Origin: Candidatus Latescibacterota bacterium | GTDB taxonomy: Bacteria; Latescibacterota; UBA2968; UBA8231 | NCBI GenBank assembly: GCA_965242865.1 | Contig: CBDETK010000013.1 | Coordinates: forward strand, 1,632,001 to 1,696,000 | DNA length: 64,000 nucleotides | Direction of reading: 5' to 3' | In this document: in pieces, positions 16,478-25,554 of the stretch | Layout: each line of letters starts with the position of its first letter | Position numbering within the stretch: the first letter of the stretch is position 1 | The notes under the pieces: generated by a model | Database searches by the model: none | Told to the model about the DNA's origin: nothing | Seen by the model: the letters and a program-made list of their open reading frames with translations, nothing else | Translations under genes and position numbers: made by a program

Positions 16478-18235
16478 ATGAGCCATCTAAATCCCCGCGC
16501 CATCGCCATTGACCGGCCAATGCCCCCGCCCGCTTGGGCACTGCTTGAATGGGAGCTGATTCGGGCGCAGACGAGAGGATGTACGGAATTTTTCGCCAAG
16601 TACTTTGACGAGCGAGGATATTTGGAGTGCATTCCGCGCTGGGGTGGCAACGATGGGCCGGACGACGCCATCGAGAACCTGGTCCACTGGCCCGTGCTCT
16701 ACGTGCTGGGCGGTGGGGGCCATCTGTACGATATGTGCCAGTTGGCTTGGGAGGGGCATCTCAAGCAGTACACCGAGGCCAAGACCACGGCGGTGCCCTT
16801 TGCCCGAGACGGGATGTACTACCGCGAATTTCCAGTGATGTTCGACTGGGTCCACAACGGGGAGGGGCTGACGACGTTCAACCTGCACGGGTTGATGAAC
16901 CCACGCGAGCAGGCGTTTGAGCCGCGCGTACGGCGCTACGCTGGATTTTACATGGGACGCGACCCCCAAGCGCCCAACTACGATCCCGAACACAAAATCA
17001 TCAAGAGCCTGTTCAACGGCAGCCGCGGGCCGCTGCTGCGCCAGGCAACGGCCCTCGACTGGGCCGGCGATCCGCTCGACGAGGTTGAGGAGCGCTTTAT
17101 ACCCCTGCACGGGGAGCGCACCTTTGAGGAGATGCTGGCCCACTTCAAAGACTACACCGACATCGTCGGCGACCACCCGCAGAACATGGTGGCAACGGCC
17201 CTCGGGCTGAACGCGTACGCGCTGACGGGCGAAGCTCCGTACAAAGACTGGGTGCTCGAATACGTCGAAGCCTGGCGGCAGCGGACGCTGGCCAATGACG
17301 GAATCATCCCCACCAATATCGGGCTCGACGGGACCATCGGCGGCGAGTGCAACGGCAAGTGGTACGGGGGGTGTTATGGCTGGGCCTTTACGGTTGAGGT
17401 CCCCCAGACCGGCAAGCTGGCCAGCCGCAACACACACGGGCTGGGGATTTCGGGCTTTGGCAACGCGCTGTTGCTGTCGGGCGAGCAGAAATTCGTCGAT
17501 GTGTGGCGGCAGATGATCGACACAATCAACGCCAACGGGAAAGAAATCAACGGGCAGATGATGTACCCGCAGATGTACGGCGACGAGGGCTGGTACGAAT
17601 TTCGACCGGGCCGCTACGCCCAAGGCGCACAAGAGGTGTACTACTGGTCCATGGACCGGGCCGATCTGAGCCGGCTGGACGCAGACAGCGGCTGGTTCGG
17701 CTTCTTGGAGGGACGCGCCCCCACCTATCGAGAAGCGGCTCTACGGGCCGATTTTGCCCGCCTCCGCGAGCAGATGGACAAGGTGCGCCGCGACCCCACC
17801 ACGCCGGACACCCGCCTGTCGGACAATCCCAACCCATTCAATCCGGCCATTCCGGGCGGGCTGACCCAGCTCATGCTGGGCGGGTTGGTGCCGCGCCACG
17901 GCTCGCCTCTGCACTGCCGGGTGCGCTACTTCGATCCACAAGCCGGGCGAGCCGGGATGCCCGAGGGGGTGGGGGCACTAGTGGAGCGACTCGGCGCGGA
18001 CTCCATGACGCTGACGTTGGTAAACACAGACCCGGTGGCCGGGCGCGAAGTCATCGTGCAGGGCGGCGCCTATGCCGAGCACCAGTTCACGAGCGTGCGC
18101 GTGGGCGGCAAAGAAACCGCGATAGACGATTCGGCCTTTGCAGTGGAGTTGGCACCGGGGGCCGGGGAGACCTTGGAGATCGGGATGCGGCGGTATGCCA
18201 ATGGGCCGACGTTTGCGTTCCCGTGGGATCGGTGA
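16478..18235 (+). CDS. Hypothetical cytoplasmic protein (585 aa), function unknown
   Basis: Long ORF with host-like codon usage, AAGGAG RBS, no signal peptide; rich in W/Y/G/D (WGGNDGPDD, DWVHNGEG). Confidence 0.8.
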   Translation: MSHLNPRAIAIDRPMPPPAWALLEWELIRAQTRGCTEFFAKYFDERGYLECIPRWGGNDGPDDAIENLVHWPVLYVLGGGGHLYDMCQLAWEGHLKQYTEAKTTAVPFARDGMYYREFPVMFDWVHNGEGLTTFNLHGLMNPREQAFEPRVRRYAGFYMGRDPQAPNYDPEHKIIKSLFNGSRGPLLRQATALDWAGDPLDEVEERFIPLHGERTFEEMLAHFKDYTDIVGDHPQNMVATALGLNAYALTGEAPYKDWVLEYVEAWRQRTLANDGIIPTNIGLDGTIGGECNGKWYGGCYGWAFTVEVPQTGKLASRNTHGLGISGFGNALLLSGEQKFVDVWRQMIDTINANGKEINGQMMYPQMYGDEGWYEFRPGRYAQGAQEVYYWSMDRADLSRLDADSGWFGFLEGRAPTYREAALRADFARLREQMDKVRRDPTTPDTRLSDNPNPFNPAIPGGLTQLMLGGLVPRHGSPLHCRVRYFDPQAGRAGMPEGVGALVERLGADSMTLTLVNTDPVAGREVIVQGGAYAEHQFTSVRVGGKETAIDDSAFAVELAPGAGETLEIGMRRYANGPTFAFPWDR

Positions 18236-18258
18236 ACGCTGCGCTAGTCTCATATAAA

Positions 18259-18349
18259 GCCTATGAGGCGTCATCCCGCGAACGAACGTCACCCCGTGCT
18301 CCGACACGGGGCGGGAATCCAGTCTTGAAGGATGTAGGATTGCTATATA
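18259..18349. repeat. MITE-like repeat copy A (dRS3/REP-like palindrome plus IS630-like end), inverted relative to 21937-22001, with a nested hairpin insert
   Basis: 18311-18349 matches the reverse complement of 21937-21975 at 38/39 nt; gcctatga and gtcat(t)cccgcgaa also shared; extra ccccgtg...cacgggg hairpin at ~18283-18311. Confidence 0.88.
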
Positions 18350-18370
18350 AATCTATCGTCAAGCCTATGC

Positions 18371-19498
18371 CTATTGGTTGCGCCAATCGCTTATCTTGTC
18401 CTCCAAGTCATTGACAAATTCAACGATTTCGCCACCATCCTTTGTGTTTTGGCGGGCGACGAGACGCGCTACTTCAGTTACCTCTTTTTGCAACTGATTC
18501 GCCAAAAACCGTAACTGCTCTTTTTGATGTTCTGATTCTGCGGCGGTCGTTCCAGCCATTATCGCTTGGGCCTCCTGCATGGCCTTTTCCAACTGCGTCT
18601 GACCAATGGCCAGCAGCTCGCCGTATGTTGCGGTATCTCTTCCAATCGCGTCCCACAACCATTTCTCGGGGCAAGATTCGCCCGGCAGAAAGAGTAGCTG
18701 CACTTTCACATTATCTGCGGCTGCGGCTCGCTCAATCGGCCTGATCATGTCTCTCCCATCGCCATCGAGCACAAAGATAAAATTTTGCAATTGTTGGATT
18801 CGTGCCAACGTCCGCACGTGAGCGGGAAATTCATTCTTGCCAGTGTTTTTGCCGATAAACAAATCTTCGGGACGCAGGTTAATTTTTTCACTGAGCGCAT
18901 CTACAACCCCCCTAATAATAAATTCTGCAATATCGTCCTCACATAGTACTGATAGCTTATCTTTGGATTGCCCGTACATTGCTTTCTGTAAAATATCCCT
19001 CATCGGCGATTCAACTCTTACATCGTGTTTGTTGTCCCGGGTTAGAAAAACTCGTCCTTCGAGCGGCACGCTTTCCAACACCACTGGGCTATGGGTTGTC
19101 ACTATGATCTGGAGCTTTTCTCTCAGCGCTAATCTTTGCAGGTGTAACATGAGTTGCTTTTGAATGTATGGATGCAGGCCCGTCTCCACTTCATCGATCA
19201 AGACTAGAGCATTATTTAGGGAAGAGACTTCTATCGACATCCGCAAAATAGATCGCTCGCCCGATGCCATCTGGAACTCTGAGTACGCACTGCTATTTTT
19301 TAATTCTGCAAGCAACAAATCGCCCCGCCCGTGGCTCTTTTTGGCTTGTTGTACACTTTGATAATCAAAGGGAAGCGTCCGCTTTGCCAACACTAATAGA
19401 CCGGGGTTTACGTCGTCAATTATGGGGTCGCGTCGCTTAATTTGCAGCATGCTTCTAACTTCAGAGGGATTGGTAAAATTGGCTAATGTCCGCAAATA
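18371..19498 (-). pseudogene. 5'-truncated ABC-type ATPase + TOPRIM-like domain (OLD-family ATP-dependent nuclease-like)
   Basis: MASGE signature, LVLIDEVETGLHP Walker B/D-loop, IVTTHSP H-loop, then VLCED and FVLDGD. Walker A is missing and the frame starts at the IS630 TA target; low GC. Confidence 0.75.
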
Positions 19499-20622
19499 CA
19501 GCAATTCTAAATTATTTAAGAGATGTTATATATTGCTTTAATTTAGGGAACTGGAAGTATTTTTTCGTCGAATTCCCTTGACAAAGAGGTCTTTGATCGG
19601 TTCAAAGTTTGTGGTCCGCAACGCATGGGTACGCACAAAAGTCTTCCCTTTTAACCCAATATCTTCGACCGGATTTTCTTGTGGTGTATAAGGGCCAATC
19701 GCATACAGCATATCTTCCATGGAACCGGCGGGCAGTCCGCTTGTATCGTTTCGAGAACGGTGCGCATGGCCTGTTGACGATGATAGGAAGCCCCATCCCA
19801 AAAAATCAATAACCGTTGACCGGGACGACGCTGTTGTATAGAGCGTATAAAGTCCACTGTATGCTGCGAATTGGCCTTGGGATCGCTTTGCATCAGGAAG
19901 GTCCCCTTGACGACATCCAAGGCCCCATAATCGGTCTGGCGTTGACGTGCGTTGTCCATGCACCCCCTAAGCCGTTGATCGGATCGGCCCCCAGCATCCC
20001 CCCAGGGTAGGTGCGACTCGTCAACAAAAAAGGCACTCAGACGCCCCGCTTGGATATCTGGCCTATACGCGGCTAGTTTTTTTTACTCTCAGCGCGCCGT
20101 GCGATCCCCTGACGCGGGTCGGCTTGGGGCGAACGGGCGTGGGGCTTCTTCCGACGATAGCCCGCCTGCGAGAGCAGAGCGTAATAACGCTGTGAGGAGC
20201 GATACACCACGCCAAACTGTGTTTGGATATAGGAGGCTAACGACGCCACCGAGGGCGGCGATGGGGTGGCTAACCAGCGGGTAATTTGCGCCCGCTGAGC
20301 GGCCGACAAATAGGAGAGCGAGCCTTTATAGCCTAAGCGCAAACATTCGACCCCCTCAGACAGATACCGCTTCTTCCACGTACGGATGAACCCCGACGGA
20401 ACGCCGAGCACCGCTTGAATCATACCTTGTTTGACCCCCAACAGGGTCCTCTGAACCGCGACTGTACGTTTGAGTTCACGGGCATCGGGGTTGCTGGCGA
20501 TAAAATCGGATAAAGAACGATCAGAAACCATCTGAAAACACTCCTGAAAAAGGGACGATAGAAAACGAAACGACAACATAAAAAGAAAACCTTAACCTTT
20601 CAAGGCATTTCGGATTGCTATA
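19497..20622 (-). mobile_element. Degenerate IS630-family insertion sequence (~1.13 kb)
   Basis: TA-bounded imperfect terminal IRs (TAcagcaattctaaat / TAtagcaatccgaaat); HTH ORF 20531..20073 ending in an A-run (KKN-stop); DDE remnants FVDESHL, QTDYGALD, IFWDGASYH, PYTPQENPVEDI split across frames. Confidence 0.85.
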
Positions 20623-20843
20623 GTCCGAATTTGCATTGAACACGATCCCTAAAACTTCGGGCCGCTCGTCTGGATACCGGGACGCGAATCCTACCAGTGA
20701 TTCCTCCAACAACGGCAATCCAATGGTTGCGAGAAACTCTGGACGAACTGGAATCAGCATGTAATTTCCCAAGCCAAGTTGGCGGCAAGTGTGGATTTTC
20801 CCACACCTCCTTTCATATTGATCAATGCGACTTTGTGGGCCAT
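20621..20843 (-). pseudogene. ParA/Soj-family ATPase relic (internal deletion, 3' cut by IS630)
   Basis: ATG 20843 gives MAHKVALINMKGGVGKSTLAANLAW (deviant Walker A), joined out of frame near 20765 to YMLIPVRPEFLATIGLPLL...LGIVFN. Confidence 0.85.
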
Positions 20844-21931
20844 TTCATTTTCTCCTTGCGGTGTCCTATCCGCGTTTTGAGTGTTAAGATGCTACTATCG
20901 CCATCAAGTCTTATAAATTCGCATTCAGGTTTTTGAGTAAAAAGGTTGTCTTCGACTGCTGCGAGTTTGGTCGTAGTTGCTTTAATCGCGTGGTTTGATT
21001 GGTCCATGCCGATCCAGTTTCTGTTGAGCCGTTGCGCCGCTTTTAAGGTCGTCCCCGATCCACAGAAGCAGTCCAAGACCATGCTGCCCGGATTGGACGA
21101 GGTGCGAATGATCAAGTCCAACAATTCAGCGTTTTTCTCCGTTGGATACGCTGGGTATTGGGGGTCTTTATATTCCCAAATGTCTTGTACCCTCTTGCCC
21201 GCTCTTTCGTCTGCAAATACTACCTTTCTCGGATTGCCCGTTGCCGACCATTCTATCAAGCCCTCTTTATCCCACCGCTCCAGCGTCTCGACGTCAGTTC
21301 GCCAATGTCGGCCCTTTGGCGGCATCATGCCTCTAAACGGCTGATTGGATTTTCCGCGGACCGTCTCTCCCGGCGCGTGAATCGGCACCGTAGTATAGCG
21401 TCGTCCCCGGTTGTCCGTCTTTGGAAACAGTCGCTCTATATCGCTTGCCGAGTACTTTTCTTTGGGTTCATTCCATATCGGATGCGACGCTTTGCTATAA
21501 AAGAGGATCAAGTCTTTCACGTTCCCATAGCCCGTCCTCTTAAAGTTCTTGGGATTGCATTTTATTCTCGTTATGTCATTGCGAAAGTTATCCATGCCAA
21601 ACACTTCATCCATCATAACTTTGACGTAGTGGCCTATCTTGTAGTCGCTATGCAGGTAAATGGAACCGCTCGGCGATAAAAGCTCTCTTAGCAAGAGCAA
21701 TCTTTGACGCAAAAACTCGACAAATTCAGAACCGATTAAGCGATCAGAATACGCGACGGAGCCATGTTTTGAATTGCTAATCGTCGCTGCACGGTCTTCG
21801 GTAATGGTGAAATTGCTGCCGGTAGCGAAGGGGGGATCGATATACACTAAGTCTATTTTTTCTCGCAGATTTCTCTCTTGCAAGAGATAACTCAAGCCAG
21901 CAATGTTGTCGCCTTCGATGAGCAGCTTCAT
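20822..21931 (-). CDS. Site-specific DNA methyltransferase, beta class (N6-adenine likely; Mod-like)
   Basis: LIEGDN, YIDPPF (motif IV) precedes YPTEK and VLDCFCGSGTT (motif I); the ORF-track extension to 22003 runs through the repeat. Confidence 0.9.
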   Translation of the reverse strand: MKLLIEGDNIAGLSYLLQERNLREKIDLVYIDPPFATGSNFTITEDRAATISNSKHGSVAYSDRLIGSEFVEFLRQRLLLLRELLSPSGSIYLHSDYKIGHYVKVMMDEVFGMDNFRNDITRIKCNPKNFKRTGYGNVKDLILFYSKASHPIWNEPKEKYSASDIERLFPKTDNRGRRYTTVPIHAPGETVRGKSNQPFRGMMPPKGRHWRTDVETLERWDKEGLIEWSATGNPRKVVFADERAGKRVQDIWEYKDPQYPAYPTEKNAELLDLIIRTSSNPGSMVLDCFCGSGTTLKAAQRLNRNWIGMDQSNHAIKATTTKLAAVEDNLFTQKPECEFIRLDGDSSILTLKTRIGHRKEKMKWPTKSH

Positions 21932-21936
21932 CAGTA

Positions 21937-22001
21937 TATATAGCAATCCTACATCATTCAAGACTGGATTCCCGCTTTCGCGGGAATGACTTTTCATAGG
22001 C
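21937..22001. repeat. MITE-like repeat copy B
   Basis: tatagcaatcctacatcattcaaga + ctggattcccgctttcgcgggaatgac, containing the ATTCCC-N8-GGGAAT core. Confidence 0.88.
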
Positions 22002-22042
22002 AAAAAAGACGGTGCCGGTCAACATTCCATAATTTCGAGTCA

Positions 22043-22114
22043 TTATCCAAAAGGGTTCAAGTGAGTATATGTAGATTGGGACGCATAGATAAGAATGTTG
22101 CTGTCAATGAGCAC
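22043..22114 (-). pseudogene. Collapsed VapC/PIN toxin relic (23 aa)
   Basis: GTG overlapping the antitoxin stop (TAGTG) reads MLIDSNILIYASQSTYTHLNPFG-stop: PIN N-terminal motif and NPF C-terminal motif with the middle missing. Confidence 0.75.
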
Positions 22115-22377
22115 TATTCTTCGCGCTCCGGCAGTACGCGGTCTCGACGGAGTGCGCGTTGCCACTTTGCCGGGTCGGCAATCGCGGAAAACGCGCCGCT
22201 TTCCGCTAGCTTTTCAAGTATCGCCGCCATAGCGCGGCCCCTTGTGTCCGCCTCGGTGGAATTCGCTTGCTCCGTCACCATTACATCGACCTGCAATGGC
22301 ACATCTTTCTGAGGTTCGGGTGCTTCTTCGAGCCATTCGAGGCGGTTTCCGTAGAGGAGTGCTCTATAGCTACGCAT
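22114..22377 (-). CDS. Putative VapB-type antitoxin
   Basis: YRALLYGNRLEWLEEAP...IADPAKWQRALRRDRVLP; coupled to the PIN relic; alternative start 22386. Confidence 0.65.
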   Translation of the reverse strand: MRSYRALLYGNRLEWLEEAPEPQKDVPLQVDVMVTEQANSTEADTRGRAMAAILEKLAESGAFSAIADPAKWQRALRRDRVLPEREE

Positions 22378-22389
22378 GACAATCATCCA

Positions 22390-23826
22390 TCAAAACGTAT
22401 CGACCGGCGTCTGTCGGCACTCGCCGATGAAGGCTTCGGCTTCGCGGCCATACGTGAGAAAGGGATCGTCGAGGCTGAGGAACTTGTCGTCGCCCACGCA
22501 AATGGCGTCCCAATCAATTTGGTAGCGTTGGTCGAGCGTCTTTTGGTCGGTCAGCGCTCTCATCACGCGGGAGCGGGCGCAAGCGCGGGTATTGGCCGGG
22601 GGATGCGCGATGGCTCGGTCGATCTGCTCGTCGCTGACCACGCGCTTGACCATCCCGCGCTCGTACAAATCGAAGTAGAGGCTGCGCGCCGCGTTGAGAT
22701 TGTGGTATTCCAAATCCAAACTTTGAATCCAAGTATCCTGCCAGTCTAGCCCCTCTTCTCGCATGAAGTACTCCAACAGCCACTTCTTGGCGACCCAATC
22801 CACGCGGTCGACCAAACACCCGGGATCGTGCTCTAAAGCGTCAATGACAAAACGCCACTCGTCCAACACCCAGTCGCCCTCTTCGTCCCGACCGCGCAGA
22901 TAGCGCTCGGCCAAGTCGAGATACGCGCGCTGCACCTCGATCGCCGTGGTGTAACGGCCGTCCTCTAGCTGCACCTCCCAGCGATAGGTCATGTCGCGCG
23001 AAATGTCGCGGATGGCGTTTACTGGATCGAGGAGCTTGATGCCGCCGGCGATCACGCGCTCTTGCTCTTCCAAAAGCTGCAACACCAAGGCCGTGGTTCC
23101 CACCTTCAGGGCCGTGGCGTACTCCATCATGTTCGAGTCGCCCACCAGCAGGTGCAAGCGGCGGTACAGCCCCCAATCGGCCAGCGGCTCGTCGCGCGTG
23201 TTGATGATCGCCCGACTGAACTGGATCCACTGGTAAATCTCGGTGACGATGTGGTCGGCCCGCTGGGAAAGCTGGAAATCAACGCCTTCGTCCTCGGCAC
23301 TGCTGTACTCGAAGATATCGGTGTGGCACCCGACTCGACCGGCCCCGGCGAATATCTGGCGGGTGACGAAAAAGGGCAGCATGGTCGGCAACAGCACTTG
23401 CGAAAACGGCACCTCCCGCCGCACGAGGTAGTTTTCGTGGCAGCCAAAAGTGGCCCCGGTGTAGTGGTCGATATTGTTCTTGAAAAAGGCCGCGTTGTCG
23501 GCCAAGCCGAGCTGATCGAGCGCGCGCTGCACCAACCGCTCGCCGGCCCGGTCGGCGGCCACCAAATCAAAAAGCCCGGTGCATTCTGGAGTGGCGTACT
23601 CAAGGTGGCCCATGTCGATGTACAGGCGTCCGCCGTTGAAGAGAAAGCCGCCATTGCCGGGCGGTTCGTCGCGGCCCCGGTAGTGCATGTCGATAATGCC
23701 CAAGCTCTCGCGGTAGAATGCGTAGTCCTTGGCCTTTATCGACACAAAATCGGGACTCAAAAAGGGATCCGAAGCCGGCGGCAGACAACCGTACTCGGTC
23801 TCCAGCCCGTAGATGCGACCTTCCAT
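22390..23826 (-). CDS. pafA: Pup/UBact--protein ligase homologue (PafA family)
   Basis: IYGLETEYG, NGGRLYIDMGHLEYATPEC, FKNN...GCHENY, SRAIINTRDEPLAD, RRLHLLVGDSNM, DLEYH. Confidence 0.88.
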   Translation of the reverse strand: MEGRIYGLETEYGCLPPASDPFLSPDFVSIKAKDYAFYRESLGIIDMHYRGRDEPPGNGGFLFNGGRLYIDMGHLEYATPECTGLFDLVAADRAGERLVQRALDQLGLADNAAFFKNNIDHYTGATFGCHENYLVRREVPFSQVLLPTMLPFFVTRQIFAGAGRVGCHTDIFEYSSAEDEGVDFQLSQRADHIVTEIYQWIQFSRAIINTRDEPLADWGLYRRLHLLVGDSNMMEYATALKVGTTALVLQLLEEQERVIAGGIKLLDPVNAIRDISRDMTYRWEVQLEDGRYTTAIEVQRAYLDLAERYLRGRDEEGDWVLDEWRFVIDALEHDPGCLVDRVDWVAKKWLLEYFMREEGLDWQDTWIQSLDLEYHNLNAARSLYFDLYERGMVKRVVSDEQIDRAIAHPPANTRACARSRVMRALTDQKTLDQRYQIDWDAICVGDDKFLSLDDPFLTYGREAEAFIGECRQTPVDTF

Positions 23827-23835
23827 AACCAGACC

Positions 23836-24594
23836 TTAGACCTTGCAGTAGGAAGCGAGCGGCTCGGTTAGTTGCGCTGGGGTGAGCAGGCAAAATTTCG
23901 ACTTGGCGGCGCGCTCGCGGTCGAGCACGGCGGCCTCTAGGGTCAGGTCGCGCAAGCCGTCCTTGAGAAAATCGCGCACCGCCGCTGCGCTGGGGACCTT
24001 TCCATCGCCGGCTTGGAGGGCCAAGCGGCCCAACCCCCAGACCTCCAACGCCGCGCCCAAGGCTTGGTCGAGAGGAAGCGTGGGGCTGGTTGCTTGCAGT
24101 TGCGCCATCATGGCTTGGGTGCTCTCGGCCGTGCCGCTGATGGCCGCGGCCCCCCCGCGCTGGGCAAAGGCCCCATCGGCGTCAATGGTGAAAAAGACGT
24201 CGCCGCTGTCTGGGTCGAGCTCGGCCATTAGCACGCGGGCGATAAAGGGCGAGCGGAACAGCTCGTCAAAAGCCGCCTTCATCAGCGGGCCGATGCCAAA
24301 GCTGACCAAGCGCTGCAAGGCCACGTCGTTGGCCGACAGGTTGAAGCCATCGACATGGGCGATGTCGATGACGGCTTTGCGCAGCTTCTCGATGTCGGCT
24401 GGGTGTCCCACGGCCGCGAAGGCGATCTCGTCGTACACCTCAAAGAGCTTGCGCGGGCCTGGGGTCGCCGTCAGCAGCAGCACCCCGTCGGCGTAGGTCG
24501 TGCCCACCACGGGGTTGCCGCCGGCGAGTTGGTCTTCCACGTATTCGCGGCGATTGTTGATCGCCTCAACCCAGCGATAAGGTTCTTCTAACAT
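23836..24594 (-). CDS. prcA: 20S proteasome alpha subunit
   Basis: RREYVEDQLAGGNPVV, RKLFEVYDEIAFAAVG, LEAAVLDR; lies between prcB and pafA. Confidence 0.88.
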   Translation of the reverse strand: MLEEPYRWVEAINNRREYVEDQLAGGNPVVGTTYADGVLLLTATPGPRKLFEVYDEIAFAAVGHPADIEKLRKAVIDIAHVDGFNLSANDVALQRLVSFGIGPLMKAAFDELFRSPFIARVLMAELDPDSGDVFFTIDADGAFAQRGGAAAISGTAESTQAMMAQLQATSPTLPLDQALGAALEVWGLGRLALQAGDGKVPSAAAVRDFLKDGLRDLTLEAAVLDRERAAKSKFCLLTPAQLTEPLASYCKV

Positions 24595-24598
24595 GCCC

Positions 24599-25357
24599 TC
24601 AAGCTCTTTGGTAGAGCGCGGCCAAATCCGCGTCGGGCACGACGCGCAAGCCCTCGGCCATCACCTGCACGACTTGGGGGAAGACGCGGGCGGCCTCGCG
24701 GAAGCCGCCGGTAGCGGTGTCGTATTCGGCCGCGGTCTCCAGCATCTTGAGCACCAACTCGACCGCCTGCTCTCCGGTCATGGCCCCCAGCGGCTGCGGC
24801 CCCCAGCGGTTTTGGTAGTACAGCGCGCCGCGCACGAGGTGAGCACCCGACCCGGTGGCGCAGAAGTCAACGCACTCAAACTCGGCCCCCAAGAGGTCGT
24901 AAAAGAAAATTTTGCCGTGGGCGGCCTCGTGGTCAAAGGCCGCAAAGATCGGCACCACCGCGCCGATCCCCTGCATGGCCAGCGGCAAGTTCTGGCGCAA
25001 CAGCCGCGACAACGTCCGCACCTTGCCGTCCAAACTCAGCCCTTGCAGTTGGCTGCGGCGATAGTACTGCACCGACATCTCCAACATGCGCGCAATGTCC
25101 CACGCCACGGCCGGCGAGCCAGCAATAGCCATGACCGCTTCGTCGTCGATGATCAGCACTTTGTCGGCGCGGTCGTACACCACCGAGTGGCCCATGGTGG
25201 CGCGGCGGTCGCCGGCGACCACCACCCCGTCGGCGCAGCGCACCGCTACAATCGTGGTGCCCTCGACCGGCTGCAAAGACCCTTCGGCCGCGGCGACCGG
25301 CGCCGCCGGCAAAAGCCCCCGCTCCTTGAGCAAGTCGAGGAAGTCGCAGCTTTCCAT
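24599..25357 (-). CDS. prcB: 20S proteasome beta subunit
   Basis: Propeptide then G|TTIVAV (Thr1 nucleophile), AGDRRAT, DK, IAGS, ATGSG, DTATGG. Confidence 0.93.
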   Translation of the reverse strand: MESCDFLDLLKERGLLPAAPVAAAEGSLQPVEGTTIVAVRCADGVVVAGDRRATMGHSVVYDRADKVLIIDDEAVMAIAGSPAVAWDIARMLEMSVQYYRRSQLQGLSLDGKVRTLSRLLRQNLPLAMQGIGAVVPIFAAFDHEAAHGKIFFYDLLGAEFECVDFCATGSGAHLVRGALYYQNRWGPQPLGAMTGEQAVELVLKMLETAAEYDTATGGFREAARVFPQVVQVMAEGLRVVPDADLAALYQRA

Positions 25358-25365
25358 GGGGCAGG

Positions 25366-25554
25366 CTACTGGCCGGTGCGCTGGCGGTAGCGGCGGGCCT
25401 GATTCGGATCGACTCGGCGCATCCGCTTGAGGATGTCGTCTGTGCTGGGGCGCTCAACGCGCGGTCGGCGCGGGCCGGTATCCGGCCCCTCGCCATCGTC
25501 TAACGGCTTGGTCGGCCGGGGGGCGCGCTCCCGGTAGTGGATAAAATCGCTCAT
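25366..25554 (-). CDS. ubact: Ubiquitin-like protein UBact
   Basis: 62 aa, low-complexity, in the Pup slot between dop and prcB; ends LKRMRRVDPNQARRYRQRTGQ, matching the UBact R[ST]G[EQ] terminus; GGAGG RBS. Confidence 0.92.
   Translation of the reverse strand: MSDFIHYRERAPRPTKPLDDGEGPDTGPRRPRVERPSTDDILKRMRRVDPNQARRYRQRTGQ

Noticed and set aside
21932-22003. N-terminal extension of the methyltransferase given by the ORF track
   Set aside because: It is a translation of the repeat element; homology starts at MKLLIEGDN.
25366-25554. Calling the modifier Pup
   Set aside because: It ends RTGQ, not GG[QE], and matches the UBact pattern.
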